Assembly (NCBI GenBank): GCA_016861085.1
Contig: BOKR01000001.1
Coordinates: 451,271 to 515,270 of the forward strand
Source: Patescibacteria group bacterium
Lineage (GTDB): Bacteria; Patescibacteriota; Microgenomatia; UBA1400; PJMF01
Reading direction: 5' to 3'
Length of the DNA stretch: 64,000 nucleotides
Shown: positions 1 to 5,873 of the stretch, piece after piece
How positions within the stretch are numbered: the first letter of the stretch is position 1
How the letters are laid out: each line of letters begins with the position of its first letter
Notes under the pieces: model-generated
Databases searched by the model: none
Told to the model about the DNA's origin: nothing
The model's input: the letters and a program-made list of their open reading frames with translations, nothing else
Translations under genes and position numbers: made by a program

Positions 1-556
1 AGTCAGCAAGTTGTTTAGTTGTGGCGATTGGTGTTTTAGAGGACTTAATTGCTTTTGCAATTCGTTTTGCTTCTTGTTCACCTCCCATAACCCTAAATAA
101 TTCAGTAAGTTGATTTTCTGGAATGACGGCTAATAAATCTTTTGCCATAACTCCGAGTCTTTGGTCCATTCTCATGTCCAGTGGTCCTTCACCTTCAAAA
201 CTAAATCCTCTTTCTTGAGAAGTTAGTTGCTGTGTGCTAGTACCAAAATCGAACAAAATACCATTGATTTGTCCTACTTGATTATTTTTTTGTAAGCTTA
301 CGATTGTATCTGCAAGATGAGCAAAATTTTCTCTAACAAGAATGAGGTCGCCGGCAATAATTTCAGACTTAAATGTCTGCTGACCGTATATGATTGCTTC
401 TTGATCGAAATCAAATGCAATCACTTTTCCACCTTGTTCTAAGATTTTTCTTGTGTGTCCACCTCTGCCAAAAGTGCCGTCAATATACCAAGCACCTTGC
501 TTAACTCCAAGAGCTTCGACAGCATCATTTAGCATGACGGTAATATGATTATTCAT
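1..556 (-). CDS. rsmH: 16S rRNA m4C1402 methyltransferase RsmH (MraW), runs off the window edge (3' end missing)
   Basis: Manual translation from ATG at 556: MNNHITVMLNDAVEALGVKQGAWYIDGTFGRGGHT, later FDFGTSTQQL and RGFSFEGEGPLDMRMD. Overlaps the mraZ stop, giving the canonical mraZ-rsmH order. Confidence 0.95.
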   Translation of the reverse strand, partial: MNNHITVMLNDAVEALGVKQGAWYIDGTFGRGGHTRKILEQGGKVIAFDFDQEAIIYGQQTFKSEIIAGDLILVRENFAHLADTIVSLQKNNQVGQINGILFDFGTSTQQLTSQERGFSFEGEGPLDMRMDQRLGVMAKDLLAVIPENQLTELFRVMGGEQEAKRIAKAIKSSKTPIATTKQLAD

Positions 557-974
557 GATCCTCCAACTGTTCAGCAATTTTTTCAGCGTTTGATTCTATT
601 GAATCGATATAGGCGTGATAGATGTCTCTGTCCCAAATTTCGATTTTTTCAAGACTTCCAACTAATACCACAGCTTTTTCTAATTTTGCGAAAGAAATCA
701 AGTACTCGGGCAGTTGTACTCGACCATTTTTGTCTGGAGTGACTACTTTAGCTTCATTTGTCATCAATCTTACAAAGTCACGATGTATTTTTTTTGTAAA
801 TGTGCGCGACATGAGATTCTGCAGTTGGGCTTGGAAGTCAGATTCTTTATAAAGAAACAATCCTCCGTCTAAACCTCTGGTAACAACCCATGAGTTGTTC
901 TCTTGTCTAAATTCTTTTGGTAAAGATATCCTGCCTTTTTCTTCTAAACTGTAGTAATATTTTCCAATAAACAT
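549..974 (-). CDS. mraZ: Transcriptional regulator MraZ
   Basis: 141 aa with two SpoVT/AbrB-like repeats (EEKGRISLP, DKNGRVQLP), plus TRGLDGGL and IEIWD; directly upstream of rsmH. Confidence 0.95.
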   Translation of the reverse strand: MFIGKYYYSLEEKGRISLPKEFRQENNSWVVTRGLDGGLFLYKESDFQAQLQNLMSRTFTKKIHRDFVRLMTNEAKVVTPDKNGRVQLPEYLISFAKLEKAVVLVGSLEKIEIWDRDIYHAYIDSIESNAEKIAEQLEDHE

Positions 975-989
975 TTATTTTACAGGCTC

Positions 990-1009
990 TTTTACCATTT
1001 TTTACCACT
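990..1009 (-). promoter_or_regulatory. Putative MraZ autoregulatory boxes (direct repeats with 10-bp period)
   Basis: Minus strand reads AGTGGTAAAA-AATGGTAAAA: two TGGTAAAA units exactly 10 bp apart, between the mraZ promoter and start codon. MraZ is known to bind 10-bp-phased (G)TGG repeats upstream of its own gene. Confidence 0.6.
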
Positions 1010-1019
1010 ATCAAGTGAA

Positions 1020-1047
1020 AGTATAATCTAAGTCTGGTTTAATGCAA
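1020..1047 (-). promoter_or_regulatory. Sigma70-type promoter of mraZ-rsmH
   Basis: Minus strand TTGCAT (1047-1042), 16-nt spacer, TATACT (1025-1020). Confidence 0.55.
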
Positions 1048-1101
1048 ACACCCAAATTACCCGAAAAGAGCTTAAAATTAGACCTATAAATAATTAGTTA
1101 A

Positions 1102-1130
1102 TTGACGTTCACAAAGATCTCCCTTAGTAT
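1102..1130 (+). promoter_or_regulatory. Sigma70-type promoter of ilvE (near-leaderless)
   Basis: TTGACG (1102-1107), 17-nt spacer, TAGTAT (1125-1130); ATG follows 8 nt later. Confidence 0.65.
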
Positions 1131-1138
1131 CAAGGTAT

Positions 1139-2242
1139 ATGGGTATAAGAATTAATAGCGTTGAGGATGAACGCGTTCACCTTCCTGACAATTTGAACGC
1201 TGTGAAATTTGGGTCTGTTTTTACTCGAAGAATGTATTTACAACAGTACATGGCTGAAAAGGGTTGGCACGCAGCAGTTATTGGTTTATGGGCCGATGTC
1301 TGGCCCCAGTTAGGACCAGAAGCTTCAGTGTTTCACTATGGGCAAGAGATTTTTGAGGGTTTAAAAGCATATCGTAGACCAGATGGAAATCTTAATCTTT
1401 TTCGACATTATGATAACGTGAGACGCTTTAATCGTTCTGCTGAGAGAATGGCTATGCAGGAAGTAAATGAACAGGACCATGCTGAAGCAATTGAGACACT
1501 TGTAAAGTTAGAACATGAATGGGTACCCAATCAGCCTGGTACGGCACTGTACATTAGGCCTACTCAAATTGCAACAGAAACTGCAATTGGGGTAGTTGAA
1601 AGTAGTTCCTATTTACACTATGTTATTTTATCTCCAGTTGGACCATACTTTCCAAGTGGTTTTAAGCCGATGGGAATTTTGGTGGAACCAAAATATCGAA
1701 GAGCTGTGGTAGGTGGAACTGGAGAAGCTAAAACTGGTGGAAACTACGCTGCAAGTATGATTGCTGGTAGAGAAGCAAAAAAAAAGGGGTTCTTTCAAGT
1801 ACTTTGGCTAGATGGCCAAGAAGGAAAATATGTTGAAGAGGCCGGTGCTATGAACGTTTGTTTTGTATATGGCAAAACAATTGTTACGCCTGCCCTTTCA
1901 GGAAGCATCTTGCATGGAATTACTAGAGACTCAATATTAAAACTAGCTCCGCAACTTGGTTACGAGGTTGAGGAAAGCAAAATTCCTCTAGAAAGAATGC
2001 TTGTAGATGTTGAGAATGGAACGATAGCAGAAAGTTTTGCTTGCGGTACCGCAGCCACAATTGCACCAATAGGAAAATTCGGCTATAAAGACAAAGAATA
2101 TGTCGTCAACAATGGTACTATTGGGCCTGTGACTCACAGGTTATATACTACTTTAACAAATATCCAGTATGGTCTTGAGCAACCACCTTTTCCTGACTGG
2201 ATAAAAGTGTTAGAAGTTGAAAAATCAAATAGAAAGAAGTAG
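1139..2242 (+). CDS. ilvE: Branched-chain amino acid aminotransferase (PLP fold IV)
   Basis: Motifs FHYGQEIFEGLKAY, LYIRP, AKTGGNYA (PLP lysine), EAGAMNV, ILHGITRDS and FACGTAA. Confidence 0.93.
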   Translation: MGIRINSVEDERVHLPDNLNAVKFGSVFTRRMYLQQYMAEKGWHAAVIGLWADVWPQLGPEASVFHYGQEIFEGLKAYRRPDGNLNLFRHYDNVRRFNRSAERMAMQEVNEQDHAEAIETLVKLEHEWVPNQPGTALYIRPTQIATETAIGVVESSSYLHYVILSPVGPYFPSGFKPMGILVEPKYRRAVVGGTGEAKTGGNYAASMIAGREAKKKGFFQVLWLDGQEGKYVEEAGAMNVCFVYGKTIVTPALSGSILHGITRDSILKLAPQLGYEVEESKIPLERMLVDVENGTIAESFACGTAATIAPIGKFGYKDKEYVVNNGTIGPVTHRLYTTLTNIQYGLEQPPFPDWIKVLEVEKSNRKK

Positions 2243-2247
2243 TAATT

Positions 2248-3129
2248 ATGAAAATACGAAAAGCGCTGATTACTTGTGCAGGTTTTGGAACAAGATTTTT
2301 ACCTATCACAAAGACCATACAAAAAGAAATGTTACCGATCCTTACTAGACCAATGGTCGATTACGTGGTTACCGATTGTTTGGCAGCTGGAATTGATGAA
2401 ATTATCTTTGTTGTCAAAGAAAATGAAAACCGCTTGGTGGAACATTTTTATTCTGAATCAAGGTCTCTTAAACAACACATGGAGAAGCTTGGTAAAGCAG
2501 ATAGATATAGTAAGGCAGAAGTTAGGTTCCCTGAACATGTAAAGTTCAGGTTTGTAACTCAGACCATTGCTGATCGCTATGGCACAGCAATACCGGTGGA
2601 GCTTGCAAGAAAGTACTTGGAGGGTGAAGATGCATTTTTAGTGTTTATGGGTGATGACTTTATCTACAATCCGAATACGATTGAGGCTGCTGAAATGATT
2701 CGACTATTTGAGATGTCTGGCGCACAAGGGCTTGTGACTTGTATTACTAAACCAGAAGAGGAACTCTATCGTTATGGAGTTGCCCAAACAAGAAAAGATA
2801 ATGGCTTTACATTTTTGACGAATTTAGTAGAAAAACCTGTGACAGGTACGGCACCTTCTAACTTGATCAACATAAGTAAATACATTTTCACTCCAAAGAT
2901 TTTTGAGATACTTGAGAAACAAGGGCCAGATGCTCAAAGTGGGGAGTATTACGTCACAGATACCGCAACTGCATTAGCTCAGCAAAATCTAGTCGTAATC
3001 TATACCCCTGAAGGTAGATACCTTGATGGGGGGAACGTTTTGAATTGGCTCAAAGCTAATATTGTTATTGCCAAAGATGATCCAGAGCTAAACTCCGAAT
3101 TGCGAAAATTTATTAGTGAGGAATTTTAA
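2248..3129 (+). CDS. galU: UTP--glucose-1-phosphate uridylyltransferase-like nucleotidyltransferase
   Basis: KALITCAGFGTRFLPITKTIQKEMLPI, MGDD, LVEKP and GEYYVTD motifs of the GalU family. Confidence 0.8.
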   Translation: MKIRKALITCAGFGTRFLPITKTIQKEMLPILTRPMVDYVVTDCLAAGIDEIIFVVKENENRLVEHFYSESRSLKQHMEKLGKADRYSKAEVRFPEHVKFRFVTQTIADRYGTAIPVELARKYLEGEDAFLVFMGDDFIYNPNTIEAAEMIRLFEMSGAQGLVTCITKPEEELYRYGVAQTRKDNGFTFLTNLVEKPVTGTAPSNLINISKYIFTPKIFEILEKQGPDAQSGEYYVTDTATALAQQNLVVIYTPEGRYLDGGNVLNWLKANIVIAKDDPELNSELRKFISEEF

Positions 3130-3339
3130 TTAGATTCCGCCAAAATAATAGAAACTCACGTACACGAATGTTGTAATTGAAGCAACAAGAATAATAATTT
3201 TTTTCGAAAAAAGATACAGACTTGGTCTAGATTTACCCTTTTTGGTAATTCCAAGAATTTGATTTATATCTTGGTTTGTGAATTGTGTTTCGTTTGAGTG
3301 TTCACTATCTGACGTAGCAGGCGAAGGATCCGGTTCCAT
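3130..3339 (-). CDS. Small hypothetical protein with C-terminal transmembrane anchor
   Basis: 69 aa; acidic N-terminus and hydrophobic C-terminal segment. Fills the gap between convergent genes and is preceded by an extended -10 TGCTATAAT (3358-3350). Confidence 0.55.
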   Translation of the reverse strand: MEPDPSPATSDSEHSNETQFTNQDINQILGITKKGKSRPSLYLFSKKIIILVASITTFVYVSFYYFGGI

Positions 3340-3367
3340 AAGTTCAAGTATTATAGCAGAAGCACTT

Positions 3368-4162
3368 TTATTTCACAACTACGTACGCCTGCAACAGGTC
3401 AACTTTGGCGGTGATTGATTTTCCATCGACAGTACCTTTAAACTCTTTCCAAGCTTTTCCATCCCATCCCATGATTTTGAGATCACCTTCTTCATTTGCT
3501 CTCATGGTAAGCTCTGCTGTACCTGTGACTGCTGGTATTGTAGATAAAAAGTAAGGAGCTGAAACTACTGTTCCTTTTACATCATCAGGAAGACCTGAAG
3601 CGTCACCTATAATAGCAATACTTATTTTTGAAAGATCTGATCCGCTCATTTGAAACTTTGCGTCTGTGGAACCAAGCTGCGTAGCTTTCTCTTTGTTTTC
3701 AATGTACCTCCACTCTGCTTTGAGTGCATAATTTTCTTTACCAATAAATCTAGTAGTCAAGCTACCACCAGTTACATCCTCATGATATGAACATTTTCCA
3801 CCAGCACTACAGCTGCCCATGAGTTGTTTTGTAGATGCAGGTAAGGAAGCAAGTGAAAGTGAACCAAACACTCCCTGTTGTAATGAGCCTGATTTATATT
3901 CAAGCTCATATTCTGCCTCTGTTGCATCCTTTTTAAGGCTATCAACCTCGATAGTTAAATTACGACCGTCAGAATTTGGTTTTACAAGGATATATGGTCT
4001 CTCTGAGATATCTATAACATTAACAGGTTCAGAAATTTTTCGTTTTTTAAGTGTCTTTTCTTCTTGTGGTGCTTCAGTCTTATTTCCTTTGGTAAATAAG
4101 AATATGCCACCAACTATGACCAATAACACGACGCCAATTATAGGAAGTAATTTTTTATTCAT
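3368..4162 (-). CDS. Hypothetical membrane-anchored exported protein (beta-rich, Cys pair)
   Basis: 264 aa; N-terminal TM LLPIIGVVLLVIVGGIFLF and GSCSAGGKCSY motif; starts 7 nt after the glyQS stop. Confidence 0.8.
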   Translation of the reverse strand: MNKKLLPIIGVVLLVIVGGIFLFTKGNKTEAPQEEKTLKKRKISEPVNVIDISERPYILVKPNSDGRNLTIEVDSLKKDATEAEYELEYKSGSLQQGVFGSLSLASLPASTKQLMGSCSAGGKCSYHEDVTGGSLTTRFIGKENYALKAEWRYIENKEKATQLGSTDAKFQMSGSDLSKISIAIIGDASGLPDDVKGTVVSAPYFLSTIPAVTGTAELTMRANEEGDLKIMGWDGKAWKEFKGTVDGKSITAKVDLLQAYVVVK

Positions 4163-4169
4163 AATTTTT

Positions 4170-5588
4170 CTATACTAACATGGAAGTAATATGGCTTTCA
4201 AGTTCAGAGATTGGGATACGCACTTGTTCGGCAGTATCTCTACTCCTGAGTGTAACAGTATTATTTTCAAGACTTTCAAAGTCAACTGTAATACAGAATG
4301 GTGTTCCAATTTCGTCTTGATATAGATAGCGTTTTCCAATATTGCCTCTGTCATCCCAGAGGGTCTCAAACTTTTCTGATACTAAGCTAAAAACGCTCTG
4401 TGCTTTTTCAACTAATTCCGGCTTGTTTTTTAGCAGTGGGAATACAGCCACTTTATATGGTGCTAAACTTGGTTTTAGTTTTAGAACTACCCTATTTCTT
4501 TCTGTGTCATTCCAGTATGCGTCAGTGAGTACCATCAAAAATGCTCGGGCAATACCAAGTGCAGGCTCAATCACGTGAGGAACAAAAACTTCGTTTGTGT
4601 GGGGATCACGGTACTCAAGTTTTTCACCTGAATGCTTTATATGTTGTTTGAGATCGTAATCAGTTCTGTACGCTATGCCCCACAATTCTTTCCAGCCAAA
4701 AGAAAAGTTGTAGTCAAGATCATATGTATCTTTACTATAAAAACTTCGTTCACTATCTGAATGGCGGCGCCATTTAAGGTTTTTTTCTTGAATTCCTAAT
4801 GTTTGTGTAATAAATTGATGCATGGCTTGCTTCCAGGAATCCATGAGATCTTCCCATTTGGTTTGATTTGGATTAAAGAAATATTCAATTTCAGCTTGCT
4901 CAAATTCAAAAGTTCTAAAAACAAACTGGCCGGTAGTAATCTCATTTCTAAAGCTCTTACCCATTTGTCCGACACCGAATGGTAGCTGAACTCTGCTAGA
5001 ATCCAAGATTTGTTTGAAGTTAGAAAAAATTCCTTGGGCAGTTTCGCCTCTAAGATATACTTTTGCTTTGTCTCCGGCTACTGTTCCGATTGCAGTTTCA
5101 AAAAGGAGATTAAATGCTTTTGGTTCACTGATTGGATTGCCATCAGGACTCAAAATGTTGTGTTCTGTAATAAATTCAGCCATTTGTTCAATCGAAAGAT
5201 CCTCAACGACGAATGAATCAAATTGTGTATTTCCTTTTTCCTGTTGTTTTTTAATCCAAGTCTCAATCAAATGGTCAGCTCGGTATCTTTTTTTGCTCAC
5301 CAGATCATCAACTAATGGATCAGAGAAAGAACCGACGTGTCCAGATGCAACCCAAGTCTCTGGGTGTAACAGAATTTGGGAATCAAGACCAACCATGTCA
5401 GTTCTTCTATTAATAAAGGTTTTCCACCATGCATCTTTAATATTTTTGAGTAATTGACTGCCGAGTGGGCCATAGTCATATGAATTTGCAAGGCCACCAT
5501 AAATTGCAGATGTTGGATAGACAAATCCCCTTCTCTTACAGAGGCTTACAATTTCATCTAAAGTTGGTTGTTGCGTTTGCTGCGACAT
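4170..5588 (-). CDS. glyQS: Glycine--tRNA ligase (alpha2 type)
   Basis: LCKRRGFVYP, DYGPLG, WVASGH, LRGETAQGIF, GKSFRNEIT, FEQAEIEYF, PHVIEPALG and the anticodon-domain IGKRY..QDEIGTP. Confidence 0.97.
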   Translation of the reverse strand: MSQQTQQPTLDEIVSLCKRRGFVYPTSAIYGGLANSYDYGPLGSQLLKNIKDAWWKTFINRRTDMVGLDSQILLHPETWVASGHVGSFSDPLVDDLVSKKRYRADHLIETWIKKQQEKGNTQFDSFVVEDLSIEQMAEFITEHNILSPDGNPISEPKAFNLLFETAIGTVAGDKAKVYLRGETAQGIFSNFKQILDSSRVQLPFGVGQMGKSFRNEITTGQFVFRTFEFEQAEIEYFFNPNQTKWEDLMDSWKQAMHQFITQTLGIQEKNLKWRRHSDSERSFYSKDTYDLDYNFSFGWKELWGIAYRTDYDLKQHIKHSGEKLEYRDPHTNEVFVPHVIEPALGIARAFLMVLTDAYWNDTERNRVVLKLKPSLAPYKVAVFPLLKNKPELVEKAQSVFSLVSEKFETLWDDRGNIGKRYLYQDEIGTPFCITVDFESLENNTVTLRSRDTAEQVRIPISELESHITSMLV

Positions 5589-5612
5589 ATATTCCTTTTA
5601 TGTTCAGATACT

Positions 5613-5641
5613 ATACTACCAGTATTTTGTGTTTTGGGGAA
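5613..5641 (-). promoter_or_regulatory. Possible second glyQS promoter downstream of the T-box terminator
   Basis: Minus strand TTCCCC, 17-nt spacer ending in TGG, TAGTAT (extended -10); SD-like AAAGGAA at 5598-5592. Confidence 0.4.
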
Positions 5642-5661
5642 TTTTTCTTGAAGATAAAAAT

Positions 5662-5700
5662 AAAAAAAGTCCCAAAACACTATTAGTTAGTGTTAGGGAC
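5662..5700 (-). terminator. Intrinsic terminator of the T-box leader
   Basis: Minus strand GTCCC-T-AACACTA-actaa-TAGTGTT-TT-GGGAC followed by T7. Its 5' arm GTCCCT is shared with the 3' strand of the antiterminator, so the two folds are mutually exclusive. Confidence 0.85.
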
Positions 5701-5845
5701 CCTACCGGGCGGTTCCACCCTAGTTCACTCACAAATGCTATATTTTTGTCTGTATTTGTAAGTGCGCTTTATTATTTCGTTTTACTTGCTTGTAGAATGT
5801 ACAAGCAACCTTTTCCAAAGGGGGACGAAATGATCTTAACTTGTA
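5662..5845 (-). ncRNA. Glycine-specific T-box riboswitch (transcriptional), with an atypically short 5' domain
   Basis: Antiterminator AGGG-UGGAACC-GCCC-ggua-GGGU-CCCU (5721-5695), Stem III CACUUACAAAU/AUUUGUGAGUG and an overlapping terminator with U7. The bulge UGGA complements UCCA (tRNA-Gly discriminator U73). A GGA Gly codon sits in a 5' hairpin loop, and the element lies directly upstream of glyQS. Confidence 0.88.
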
Positions 5846-5850
5846 AAAGA

Positions 5851-5859
5851 ATTATAACA
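5851..5859 (-). promoter_or_regulatory. Extended -10 promoter of the T-box/glyQS transcript
   Basis: Perfect TGnTATAAT (TGTTATAAT) on the minus strand just upstream of the T-box leader. Confidence 0.7.
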
Positions 5860-5873
5860 CAGAATGCTCTTAC

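Noticed and set aside
1777-1786. A9G run in ilvE containing an in-frame A-AAA-AAG slippery heptamer
   Set aside because: ilvE is intact with catalytic motifs on both sides, and no stimulatory structure or useful alternative product is evident.
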